A DNA stretch of 64,000 nt from an uncultured Verrucomicrobiae bacterium (GCA_963756875.1 CAVWPA010000001.1:128001-192000), one strand, 5' to 3'. Shown: positions 19,464 through 28,720, numbered from the stretch's first letter. Notes: generated by a model from the sequence alone, not told the origin. Translations and numbers: made by a program.

Positions 19464-19555
19464 GCCGCCGTCGCTCCTGGAATACTCCGGTTCGGAGACT
19501 TTTTGGTGCCTGGTGTCGGGAAAGTGGAATTTCCCATTAGATCGCGACGGAAGGA

Positions 19556-19756
19556 CCAAATCCCAAGCACCAAATCCCAAAGAAACTTCAAGCTCCAATC
19601 TCCAAAGGGCGGTCTCGCGCAGCAATCTAACCTACGGGTCTCACCAATGATTGGCCAAACACCCGCTAAAGACATCGCGCTGTTACCGGACGCGATACGC
19701 GATATTTGAGTATTGGTATTTGGAGATTCCCTGGAGCTTGGGCTTTGGGATTTGAG
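19556..19756. repeat. inverted heptamer-type arrays (CCAAATC/CCAAGCT ... TTGGGAT)
   Basis: accaaatcccaagcaccaaatcccaaa ... ggagcttgggctttgggatttga. Confidence 0.6.
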
Positions 19757-19773
19757 GCTTCCGGTCATCGGTT

Positions 19774-22305
19774 TCATGCCGCCGCCACCTCGCTGCCAAA
19801 TCTAACGAGGGGAAGCAGAATGTGAAAAGCTGTTCCTTTTTTAAGTTCGCTCTCGACCTCGATCTGTCCCTCGTGCTCCTGAATGATTCCATGCACTACC
19901 GACAGGCCCAGTCCGGTCCCGTAATCCTTTGTCGTGAAGAAAGGATCAAAGACATGCGGGATATCCTGCTTGCGAATTCCATCGCCCGTATCGCGGATCG
20001 TGATTCGCAAAACCTCTATTTCCGCCGCACCGCCGTTGCCTTGGGCCATTGAAGAGGCCCATCTCTTTTGCGTTTGAATCTGGGTATTAACGACCAGTTC
20101 GCCGCCGTTTTTCATCGCGTCCATGGCATTCAGAAAGAAATTGAGAAAGACTTGCTCGAGCTGGTCGGCATCGCCGCGGATTGTATCAACATTTGCCTCC
20201 CAAGAGCGAGTTAATTTGATTTCTTTTTGATATAACCGGTGGCCGACCAGCATGAGCGATTTTTCCAGCGCTTCATGTGCGTGCATCTTCTTAAGATGCG
20301 GTTTGGCCGGGCGAGCAAAGCGAAGCAGCTGGTTAACCAGCGAATCGATCCGGTCGATCTCGTGTCCGATCAGGTTCGAGAAAGTCTCACGGAAATCGGA
20401 ATCCTGATAACGCTCCGGTAACAACTGCGCGAATGTTTTGATCGAAACCAGCGGATTCTTGATTTCGTGGGCCATGCCGGCCGAGAGCGTGCCGAGGCTG
20501 GCCAGCCGATCGCTGCGGCGAATTTGCGATTCGAGTCGCTTGAGCGCCGTGATATCGGTCAGCACCATCAGCGCACCGAGCATCTCTCCATTTTGATCGT
20601 GAAAGATGGACGTGCTTGTGCGCGCGACCCTCGCCTCGTCCCCAGACTGCAGGGCCAGCTCGTTGTTCTCCCGGCCCTGCCCGGTGTTCAAAGTTTCGCG
20701 CAACGTATCGCGCAACGGGCCGGGGAGCGCTCCAAGGGAAATGCCGGGAATTTCGTCGGCCTTGAGTCCCGTGATTCGTCCGGCTTCGTTGTTGAATACG
20801 GTAATAAGCTCGTCGGCGCCCGTGGCGATGACGCCAGTGGTCAGATTTTCCAGCAAAGTCTCGTTGTAAATCTTTGCGTTCTGCACCTCGGTAAAGAGCT
20901 CGGCATTTTCAATTGCCACCGCGAGCTGGCCGCATAAAACCTGCAAGGCGCTTTGCTCGACGCTTCCGTAAATGCGTCCCGATTTCCGTGCGCCGAGCAG
21001 CATCACGCCGGCCAGATGATCGCGAGCGAAGATTCCCATGGCCACCGCGACCTGGAGCGAGTTCAACTGTCTCATTACACTCTGGAGTTGCTCGGTGGGC
21101 CGCACGCGGCGCAGCTCGTCCATGACGACCGGCTCGTGCTCGGATTCAAGTTGCACGATCGTTGCCTGGTCGCGTGTCAATTCCAGCCGTTGGCGGGAAC
21201 CGGGCTCGACCATCGGATATTGCTGCGAAAATCCCTGTCTGTCCGGCAAAAGGATGAAGATCCGCTCGGTGCCGACGGCTCCGGCTACCGTATTGGCGAA
21301 TTTGTCCAACAGGTCTCTCAGAGTTGTAACGGAACTTAATATTTTGGCGGCCTTGCTTACGGTCGCGCGAAAATCGAGCTGATGGGAACCGATGAAAAGC
21401 CGTTCTGCAAATCGTTGCGAAACACCGCGTGCCGGCGCCATTGCAAACGCGATAACGATGGCCGCTACGACGTGCGCAATGGCGTGGGAATTCCCCGCCG
21501 AAGAATGCAATGCGGTCGCAACGAGCCACCAGACCAGCGCATAAAGGCTGAGCAGGTAAACCGTGAGTAAGCTATAAGAGATAACGCGACGAAGAAGGAC
21601 GCCGACGTCCATGATTTTTCGGGTCGCGATGCCGTAAGCGACTACCAGACTAAACAAAACGATTCGAAACGGGCCTAGCCAAGTCAACCTCGACGTATCT
21701 ACGAAGAGGCTTAAAAGAAGGTACAAAGGAATGGAAAGCAGAAGGGCTACAACAGCACCCATGATAACGAGTGCCATTTCTGATTTCTCAGGGCCCGAAA
21801 CTCGACGTAGGTCGAGTGACAAGAGGATGATTAAAGCGACGATCGCGCCCGCGAAGCACATCGCGAACAAATGAAAGCCCGGCCCATAAGAAGGGACGGG
21901 GAAAGATGAGGCATGCCCGGCCTCGTGACTTAGATGAACCCCTTTTAGAAAAAACTTAGTCTGACAAAGGATCGCGATGGCGATGCTACCTAAGAACCAT
22001 GGAAGCGCTCGCCGCAGGAGGGCGCGCCACCTTTCTTTTCCCCTGCGAATGGAGAGACGAAGAAGATTAACAGTCGCCAGAATGAACGCGCCCACGGCGG
22101 AGGCCTGTCGAATGCAAAACTCGGCGACCCCTAGGTTGTTCGTCAGTAGCCCGTAATAAAGGTTTGCCAGCCATCCGGTAATGGCGAGCGAAAGAAATAA
22201 GAAACACTGGTTGGATTTTCGCTTCGGGTTGGCTTGGAAGACGACCAGTCCTAAGCCCACCTGGATGAGAATCGCTGCAAGGGCTGGTAAGCCAGCGCTA
22301 GTCAT
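19774..22305 (-). CDS. multi-TM sensor histidine kinase (membrane domain, GAF, PAS, HisKA, HATPase; PrsK-like layout)
   Basis: About 9 hydrophobic segments, then GAF and PAS, MAHEIKNPL, DTGDGI, FFTTK, GTGLGL; ATG at 22305 overlaps the upstream stop. Confidence 0.9.
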   Translation of the reverse strand: MTSAGLPALAAILIQVGLGLVVFQANPKRKSNQCFLFLSLAITGWLANLYYGLLTNNLGVAEFCIRQASAVGAFILATVNLLRLSIRRGKERWRALLRRALPWFLGSIAIAILCQTKFFLKGVHLSHEAGHASSFPVPSYGPGFHLFAMCFAGAIVALIILLSLDLRRVSGPEKSEMALVIMGAVVALLLSIPLYLLLSLFVDTSRLTWLGPFRIVLFSLVVAYGIATRKIMDVGVLLRRVISYSLLTVYLLSLYALVWWLVATALHSSAGNSHAIAHVVAAIVIAFAMAPARGVSQRFAERLFIGSHQLDFRATVSKAAKILSSVTTLRDLLDKFANTVAGAVGTERIFILLPDRQGFSQQYPMVEPGSRQRLELTRDQATIVQLESEHEPVVMDELRRVRPTEQLQSVMRQLNSLQVAVAMGIFARDHLAGVMLLGARKSGRIYGSVEQSALQVLCGQLAVAIENAELFTEVQNAKIYNETLLENLTTGVIATGADELITVFNNEAGRITGLKADEIPGISLGALPGPLRDTLRETLNTGQGRENNELALQSGDEARVARTSTSIFHDQNGEMLGALMVLTDITALKRLESQIRRSDRLASLGTLSAGMAHEIKNPLVSIKTFAQLLPERYQDSDFRETFSNLIGHEIDRIDSLVNQLLRFARPAKPHLKKMHAHEALEKSLMLVGHRLYQKEIKLTRSWEANVDTIRGDADQLEQVFLNFFLNAMDAMKNGGELVVNTQIQTQKRWASSMAQGNGGAAEIEVLRITIRDTGDGIRKQDIPHVFDPFFTTKDYGTGLGLSVVHGIIQEHEGQIEVESELKKGTAFHILLPLVRFGSEVAAA

Positions 22306-23545
22306 CGCCTGAAATACGGTTCGCAATCATCGTGCACGCACTGCCTCCGAGGCCTCTGACATTGATAAGGGTGCAGCCTACCTTCGTTTTGCGAGGGCGG
22401 GACGGAACGAAATCGAGGTCGCAATCGGCATCCCCGGTTTCGAAGTTTGCCGTTGGCGCGATGATCTGATCGCGAATGCTAAGGGCACACGTGGCCAGTT
22501 GCAATGGGCCTCCGGCAGCCAACGGGTTTCCAGTGACGCCTTTAATGGAGTTGACTGGAATTTCGTAGGCTCGCTCGCGAAAAACCTCCTTTATAAACCG
22601 CACTTCCGCCGCGTCCAAAGTTCGATCGCTTGGACCGTACGCAGAGATGTAGTCAACGTCTTCGGTGGAACGCACCGCGTTCGCCAGTGCAAGCCTCATT
22701 GAGTCGACCAAACCGGAACCGGGTCTCTCGGGATCGAGATCGCGCCGCTTCGCATAACCGCATATTTCGAGATAAGCGCGCGCTCCCCGAGCTTCTGCGT
22801 GCTCCAGATTTTCAAGGATGAAAATACATGCGCCCTCCGCGAGAACACCACATTGTCTCTCGGAATCAAAAGGTCGGCTGGCTTTCTCAGGTTCCCCATT
22901 CGTGGTCGAACAAAGTCCGCTTCCTATGAAACTCGCCATCGTTAACGGTGTTATAGGAGCGTCTGCCCCGCCGGCGACGGCAATCTCTGCTTCTCCCATG
23001 CGGATCATGGCAGCCGCGTCAGCCACCGCATCGAGACCGGATGGGCAAGCCGAAGAAACCGTCACCGCGTTGGCGCACGCGCCCAGTCGATCAGCGATAA
23101 GGTTTGCCGGCGCTTGAGGAATTGAAGCGGCCGATGCGCTCGCGGGCGCGCGGTTCGGCCCGCGGTCCCGCAGGGCGAAATAAACACTTTCGATCACATC
23201 TATCGCGCTGGTGCTTATTCCGATCACCACCGGAGTCGGGCTGGGTAATTCGAGATTGTCGGGATCCAGTCCCGCGTCTCGTAGCGCCATCATTGTTGCC
23301 GCGTAGGCAAACTGCGTGTGCCGCGCCATCCGCTTGGGTTTCAACTCCGGCTCAATGTAATCCAGCGGATCGAAGTTCTTTACCTCACCGGCAATGCGAC
23401 TCTTGAAACCAGTCGCATCGAACAACGTGATCGGCCCAATCCCGCTGCGACTGGCGAGGAGCGACTCCCAAAATGGCTCAATGCCAATCCCGTTCGGGGC
23501 TAGAATTCCCATGCCAGTGATAACAACGCGATTTCTCCTGGTCAT
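22298..23545 (-). CDS. FabF-fold beta-ketoacyl synthase-like protein with a non-canonical active site
   Basis: RVVITGMG, SSACPSG (Cys kept), ASRPFD, AEGA; ISAYGP and VTGNPL where FabF has NAHGT and TGHxL. Confidence 0.88.
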   Translation of the reverse strand: MTRRNRVVITGMGILAPNGIGIEPFWESLLASRSGIGPITLFDATGFKSRIAGEVKNFDPLDYIEPELKPKRMARHTQFAYAATMMALRDAGLDPDNLELPSPTPVVIGISTSAIDVIESVYFALRDRGPNRAPASASAASIPQAPANLIADRLGACANAVTVSSACPSGLDAVADAAAMIRMGEAEIAVAGGADAPITPLTMASFIGSGLCSTTNGEPEKASRPFDSERQCGVLAEGACIFILENLEHAEARGARAYLEICGYAKRRDLDPERPGSGLVDSMRLALANAVRSTEDVDYISAYGPSDRTLDAAEVRFIKEVFRERAYEIPVNSIKGVTGNPLAAGGPLQLATCALSIRDQIIAPTANFETGDADCDLDFVPSRPRKTKVGCTLINVRGLGGSACTMIANRISGDD

Positions 23546-23760
23546 ATTATTCTATTCCATTTCGAGAAATGGTGGTTCATAGTGCCGACAATGCGGGTGA
23601 CTCGATCTCTGCGGCAGAGAAATTTCGCTGCGGTGGTTATAAACCCAAAGTAATGGCCGGTCACACTGGACACGAGCGGATCACGACCGATTCTAAACGC
23701 TACATTAAATCCAGTCATTATATTTTTCTGCCACTTTCAGCCCGACTTATTCACCAAATT

Positions 23761-23782
23761 TGCAACTTATCCACAAGTTGCA
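23761..23782. promoter_or_regulatory. perfect 8-bp-arm palindrome in a divergent intergenic region (candidate operator/enhancer)
   Basis: TGCAACTT-ATCCAC-AAGTTGCA. Confidence 0.55.
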
Positions 23783-23794
23783 TCTTGCGCGCCA
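23779..23794 (-). promoter_or_regulatory. candidate sigma54 promoter for the ketosynthase-kinase operon
   Basis: Minus strand TGGCGCGCAAGATGCA = GG-N10-GC. Confidence 0.45.
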
Positions 23795-23868
23795 ACTGTT
23801 TTCATTTCAGCTTCTTTACTCCGTTTTCTATGCTTCCGCGGCCTTTTTTTTCATCTCGTCACCCTCCT

Positions 23869-23884
23869 CGGCACGCGCCTAGCT
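23869..23884 (+). promoter_or_regulatory. candidate sigma54 promoter for the REC-kinase gene
   Basis: CGGCACGCGCCTAGCT = GG-N10-GC, 20 bp upstream of the ATG. Confidence 0.45.
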
Positions 23885-23904
23885 GTTAACCCGCTCGGTC
23901 ATAC

Positions 23905-25059
23905 ATGACTGCCTCAACCGAATTGCCTCAAATTCTCGTTATTGACGATGAAATGGGACCGCGGGAAAGCCTGCGCATGCTGCTAAAACCGAACTACCAG
24001 GTTCACACGGCCGATTGCGTCGAGGCGGGTCTCAAACTGCTCAAGGAAAAATCTCCCGACACGATCGTCATGGATATCCGCATGCCTGGTATGACCGGAA
24101 TCGATGGCTTGCGAAAGATCCGCGAGATCGATCCGCATCTTTCCGTCATTATGCTCACCGGTTTTGGAGCGCTTGATACGGCAAAAGAGGCCCTGCGCCT
24201 GGGCGCCAACGATTATATCAGCAAACCGTTTGATGCGCGCGAAATGCAGGAAGTAATCGGCCGTAACGTGGAACGCACCCGCGTTCAACGAACCGCGGAT
24301 CATGCCGCTGAAGAAATCAAGGAGCTAAACAACCGCCTGCTCAAAGAACTGGCTCAAAAGGAAAGACTGGCGTCCCTCGGTCAAGCCTCGGCCGAATTCG
24401 TGCATGATCTCGGTAACCCGCTGACCATTGTCTGGGGTTATGTGCAGCTGCTGGCCAAGCGGCTGGAAAAATCCGAAAACAGCGATACTGCTACCCAAAA
24501 TGCGACCTCGGTTAAAGAGCTCAATATTATCGAACAGAACGTCCGTCTGTGCCGTGAGCTTCTTACAATGTGGCAAAGTTACGGCAGCGTCGAAGCGTCT
24601 CCGCCCAAGCCCCTCTCCGTGTCGGAAATCCTCCGGGAAATCATCAAAGGCATCAGCGCGGTGGCAACTCAGAGCGGCGTGGAACTAAATGCCACCATCT
24701 GCGAAGACCCGTGCATTCTGCTCGGCGACGCCGTGCAAGTGAGACGCGCGATTCAAAACGTGGTGATTAACGCGGTGCAAGCTTCCGCGGAGAAAAAAGG
24801 GTCGGTCAAAGTCACCTGCACAAAAAAAGATTTCTACGTCGATCTTCTCATCGAAGACAACGGACCCGGAATTGCTCCCGCGGAACTGAACAGAATTTTC
24901 GACCCTTATTTCACGACCAAGCAGGCGAAGAGCGGCACCGGTCTTGGACTGTATATCACGAAAAAAGTCGTCCAGGATCACAATGGTTCGATCAAGGTGG
25001 ACACCACGCCCGGTGTCGGCAGTATTTTCACAATCCGTTTGCCGCTCTCGAATAAGTAG
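23905..25059 (+). CDS. hybrid response regulator/histidine kinase (REC-HisKA-HATPase)
   Basis: LVIDDE, MDIRMPGMTG, FVHDLGNPL, DNGPGI, YFTTK, GTGLGL. Confidence 0.92.
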   Translation: MTASTELPQILVIDDEMGPRESLRMLLKPNYQVHTADCVEAGLKLLKEKSPDTIVMDIRMPGMTGIDGLRKIREIDPHLSVIMLTGFGALDTAKEALRLGANDYISKPFDAREMQEVIGRNVERTRVQRTADHAAEEIKELNNRLLKELAQKERLASLGQASAEFVHDLGNPLTIVWGYVQLLAKRLEKSENSDTATQNATSVKELNIIEQNVRLCRELLTMWQSYGSVEASPPKPLSVSEILREIIKGISAVATQSGVELNATICEDPCILLGDAVQVRRAIQNVVINAVQASAEKKGSVKVTCTKKDFYVDLLIEDNGPGIAPAELNRIFDPYFTTKQAKSGTGLGLYITKKVVQDHNGSIKVDTTPGVGSIFTIRLPLSNK

Positions 25060-25217
25060 TAACGGCGGAGACGTCGGCAACGAATCTATGCGTTGTAGAG
25101 GCGTCCGTGCCGGCGCAAACTTGCGACCAAGCGACATCGTAGGGTAATTCACGCTTCCGGCGTGCGGTTTCGCGATATCCCCGCCGCGGCAGCACGCGAT
25201 ATGGGCGTGCGCTTCGC

Positions 25218-27545
25218 GTGCGCTCTTCTCCAGATTTAAGAATTGCTACTGCGCGGGCGTTTCGTTTTCCTGAACGCGTGCCATCTGCTTATCAAGTCGC
25301 ACCGATTTTTTTGATCCGGATGGCGGGAGTTCCTTTCGAGCGAATTGAACACCTTGCCACTCGGGAGACGGCCGCGACCGCTCGCGAACTGGTCTCGAAG
25401 GTGAATAAATTGAACTCTGAAGACGAAGCACGCCTGCTTACAGCGCTTCAAATCGAACTGGAGAGATCGAGGAAATCGCTTTTTGAGGCCGCGCGCACGG
25501 TCCTTCCGCATTATTTGGTTTTTGCAGGCGAAGGCATGCAGGAGAGAGCAGCCTCTTTGATTGAAGGGCTAGTCACCCAGGACAATACGTTGCCCGCGCG
25601 CAACAGTCGCAATCGGGATCGTGAGCGCCACTTGGTTCTTTATCTTCAACGAATCGCAGCCAAGAACGACACTTTTGGTGAGTTCGGTCCCTCAGGCTGG
25701 GGCAGGATTGACGGCAATCGTACCGGCGTAAAGATCGACGTCGTACCTGGCGTTGCAGCGCGGGAGGTATTTCTCGAACGCTGGACCGCGCACGCGATCG
25801 CCGGCGTTATCAACGCCGATCCTGACATTCAGCCCGAACTTTGTCCGCGGCTGAATCCAAACGGCCGGATTGAAGGGCTAGCTTTCGTTTTTGCCGATTC
25901 CGGCGAAAAAGTGGTGCTGGATCAGGCCACGCTCGATCTCGTCAAACGATGCGATGGGCGAACGCCGGTTCATTCGTTAGGCGTACCGGTCGAGAACATT
26001 TACGCCCTTGTGGAAAAGAAATTCCTGCGCTGCGCGATGGAAGTTCCCGCTCTTGATCCACATGCGTTCGCGATCCTGTGTGATGATGTCAGGAAATGGC
26101 GTGCTGGGCCGGTGCGCGACAAGTGGTTGTCGATATTGCAGCCAATTTCGGAGCTACCGCAGGCGTTTGTCACCGCATCTAAAACGAAAGATCGACATGC
26201 AATTATCGATGAAGCGCGGGCCCGTCTTCTCTCGGCGGGGGCTGTCCACAAGCCGGGCGACCGGTTCTTGTACTCGGCAAGCAACCCGATCGGCGAGGAA
26301 TGTTTTCGTGAATGCGGTATCTCGATCGACGCAGCCTTGATCAATGAGGTCGCGACGGAGGCCGAACCCTGGATCGATTTCTGGCGCGATTCCTACGCCT
26401 TTGTCGCGTCGCGCGTCGCGGGCGGTTTGCGACAGATAATGGAAAAGGCCGGCGCCCAAAATGGACCGATTCCGTTGCCTGCATTTCTCAGTGCCTGCGA
26501 AGCGGCGAAACTCTCGCTTAGCGGTCCGGGACTTGTCGCCTTCGCGGTCATGGCCTTTCAAGAAGTAAAAGCCGCTTTCCGGCAGCGCCTGAAACCACAT
26601 GTCGATTGCGCCGAGTACGAGCTCACGGTCGAAGACTGCCATGTCGTGCGCAATAACTTCCAGTACCCGCTCTTCGACGAATACACATATCCGTCGGCCG
26701 ATCTGCAAATTGCAGCAAAATCTGCTGACGCGATTGCGCGCGGCGATTATCAATGGATTTTGGCCGAATTGCATCCGCCGGCGGCATTGCTGCATCATTG
26801 CATGTATTGGAGTTGTCCGGACAAACCGGCCCTCAACAGGGCGATGGCCAGCGTCGTATTTGGTCGCCCCAATTTTCACTTCGGGTTTTTTGCCGCCGAT
26901 TTTACTTCGCATACGGCAGTACGCTTGTTCGACGCGCTTCCCGAATTTTCCAACTTTGTCGCGCCGCAACGGGGAAATCCAAACTGGCGCACCGTTCCGC
27001 CATCTCAGGCCGAAGTTTATGTCGATCCCGAGAGCGGAGATGTTTGTCTGCGCAAGATCGACAATCAGGAATACCTCGGCTCATTTGCACGGGCCTGGAT
27101 CATTCCGCTCGGTTTCCACCCGTTCCAATTTGGAGTGGCTCCGCAGACGCCGCGGTTGCGGTGCGGTAAAGTGATCGTCCAACGGCGCGCCTGGGTAGTG
27201 ACCGTCGCTGAAATCCCGCCTGGAAATTATACCGGCGTATCGCGCAACCTTGTCCTGGCGATCGAGCGGTTGCGCGCGAAAAGAGATTTGCCGCGCTATA
27301 TTTACATTCGCCCGACCGAACAGGCGCTTCGCCGCAGCGGCGCGGAAGGTCGCGATAAAGACACCAAACCGGTGTTTATCGATCTGGAGAGCTATCTTTT
27401 TCTCGAAATCTTCTATCGCTGGCTTACGAAAGCCGGCGAGTTGGAGGTGACCGAAATGCTCCCGGACCCGGAGCATTTGCCATGGAAAGAGCCGGATGGC
27501 CGGCACACGTTTGAGCTGCGCACGCTCATCGTTCCGCGCGCATGA
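25218..27545 (+). CDS. small LanB-type protein (lantibiotic dehydratase aminoacylation domain only; PEARL-like)
   Basis: YLQRIAAKNDTFGEFGP, YPSADLQI, ILAELH, PRL..GKVIVQRRAW, KPVFIDLES, TEMLPD, ELR; 775 aa, no elimination domain. Confidence 0.82.
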   Translation: MRSSPDLRIATARAFRFPERVPSAYQVAPIFLIRMAGVPFERIEHLATRETAATARELVSKVNKLNSEDEARLLTALQIELERSRKSLFEAARTVLPHYLVFAGEGMQERAASLIEGLVTQDNTLPARNSRNRDRERHLVLYLQRIAAKNDTFGEFGPSGWGRIDGNRTGVKIDVVPGVAAREVFLERWTAHAIAGVINADPDIQPELCPRLNPNGRIEGLAFVFADSGEKVVLDQATLDLVKRCDGRTPVHSLGVPVENIYALVEKKFLRCAMEVPALDPHAFAILCDDVRKWRAGPVRDKWLSILQPISELPQAFVTASKTKDRHAIIDEARARLLSAGAVHKPGDRFLYSASNPIGEECFRECGISIDAALINEVATEAEPWIDFWRDSYAFVASRVAGGLRQIMEKAGAQNGPIPLPAFLSACEAAKLSLSGPGLVAFAVMAFQEVKAAFRQRLKPHVDCAEYELTVEDCHVVRNNFQYPLFDEYTYPSADLQIAAKSADAIARGDYQWILAELHPPAALLHHCMYWSCPDKPALNRAMASVVFGRPNFHFGFFAADFTSHTAVRLFDALPEFSNFVAPQRGNPNWRTVPPSQAEVYVDPESGDVCLRKIDNQEYLGSFARAWIIPLGFHPFQFGVAPQTPRLRCGKVIVQRRAWVVTVAEIPPGNYTGVSRNLVLAIERLRAKRDLPRYIYIRPTEQALRRSGAEGRDKDTKPVFIDLESYLFLEIFYRWLTKAGELEVTEMLPDPEHLPWKEPDGRHTFELRTLIVPRA

Positions 27546-27722
27546 AAATTGTCGCCATCGCAAATTCCGGGGAGCGCACGCGCCGCCGCGTGCTGGCGAT
27601 GGCGCCACCGCCATCGCGAACTTTTTCTTCTGAAGGATTTTCTCTTGATCGAACTGGGGATCGATGTCCCTCGGATGTATTCGTGGGCGTCACGACCAAA
27701 TGAAAATTGTCGCCATCGCAAA
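27542..27722. repeat. 23-bp direct repeat of the parA start flanking a REP-like insert
   Basis: ATGAAAATTGTCGCCATCGCAAA at 27542 and 27700, with GGGGAGCGCACGCGCCGCCGCGTGC between. Confidence 0.85.
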
Positions 27723-28482
27723 CCAGAAAGGGGGCGTGGGCAAGACCACCACGGCCGTGAACCTGAGTGTAGCACTCGCTGAAAAACGGTTGCGGATTCT
27801 GCTTGTTGACCTCGATCCTCAGGCGAACGCAACCAGTTCGCTCGGGATGCAGGAAAGCGAGGGCGAAAGCATTTACGCTTCGCTGCTGGGCGAAAATTCG
27901 ATTGCTGAAAAAGTGTTGCCCACGCGCATCGATCGCTTGTTTCTTGTGCCTGCCGATCTCGATCTGGCCGGCGCTGAAATCGAGATTGCGCGGATGAGCG
28001 ATCATCTCACGCGGTTGGCTGGGGCTTTATCGATCTTTCGTTCGGACGAAACCTTCGACTTCATCCTGATTGATTGTCCTCCTTCGCTGGGCATTTTGAT
28101 GACGAACGCTCTTGCCGCCGCGGATGAGATCCTGACACCAATCCAGTGCGAATATTTTGCACTGGAAGGTCTGGTAAAAATCGTGCGCGTGGTCGAGCAG
28201 GTGCGCGACTCCGGCGCGAACGATCACGTCGAGATCGGCGGCATCGTGATGACCATGTTCGATAGCCGGACAAATTTGAGCGCGCAGGTCGTCACGGAAG
28301 TTCGCCAGCATTTCGGTCAACGCGTTTATCAAACGGTTATTCCGCGCACGGTTCGCCTCAGCGAAGCGCCCAGCTTTGGCAAATCGATTCTCGAACATGA
28401 CCCGAGTGGGACCGGCGCCAACGCTTACCGCGCTCTGGCGCGCGAATTTATCAAGCGTCACGGCTTGTCAGCCAGCCGGTAG
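27700..28482 (+). CDS. parA: ParA/Soj-family ATPase (no adjacent parB)
   Basis: IANQKGGVGKTTT, DLDPQANAT, IDCPPSLG, QCEYFALEG, IPRTVRLSEAPSFG. Confidence 0.93.
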   Translation: MKIVAIANQKGGVGKTTTAVNLSVALAEKRLRILLVDLDPQANATSSLGMQESEGESIYASLLGENSIAEKVLPTRIDRLFLVPADLDLAGAEIEIARMSDHLTRLAGALSIFRSDETFDFILIDCPPSLGILMTNALAAADEILTPIQCEYFALEGLVKIVRVVEQVRDSGANDHVEIGGIVMTMFDSRTNLSAQVVTEVRQHFGQRVYQTVIPRTVRLSEAPSFGKSILEHDPSGTGANAYRALAREFIKRHGLSASR

Positions 28483-28720
28483 CAAGTGGCATTGGCTTGC
28501 AGCCAATGTTTCATCGGGCGAGAAATTCAATCCCTGCCGCGCGAAATGAATACGAATACCGCGTGACGTGCGGTTCATAATCGGAGGATGCAAACAGACA
28601 TCAAGGAATACGCGCGACCGGCCACGCCGCCCGACACGTCAAGTCTGGCGACGGTACGTGAGGCCGCATGCGCGTGCGAGGCTTGCCTAAACGATAGCGA
28701 CTCGATCTAATAGCTCCACG

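Noticed and set aside
22298..23545. Housekeeping fabF or type II PKS
   Set aside because: Both catalytic His positions are substituted, and no ACP, chain-length factor or other fab gene is adjacent.
23767..23775. Perfect DnaA box TTATCCACA suggesting oriC
   Set aside because: Only one perfect box and one weak neighbour, with no dnaA/dnaN or box cluster; it lies inside a palindrome better read as an operator.
25218..27545. Class I lanthipeptide or thiopeptide cluster
   Set aside because: No elimination domain, LanC, YcaO, transporter or Ser/Thr/Cys-rich precursor nearby.
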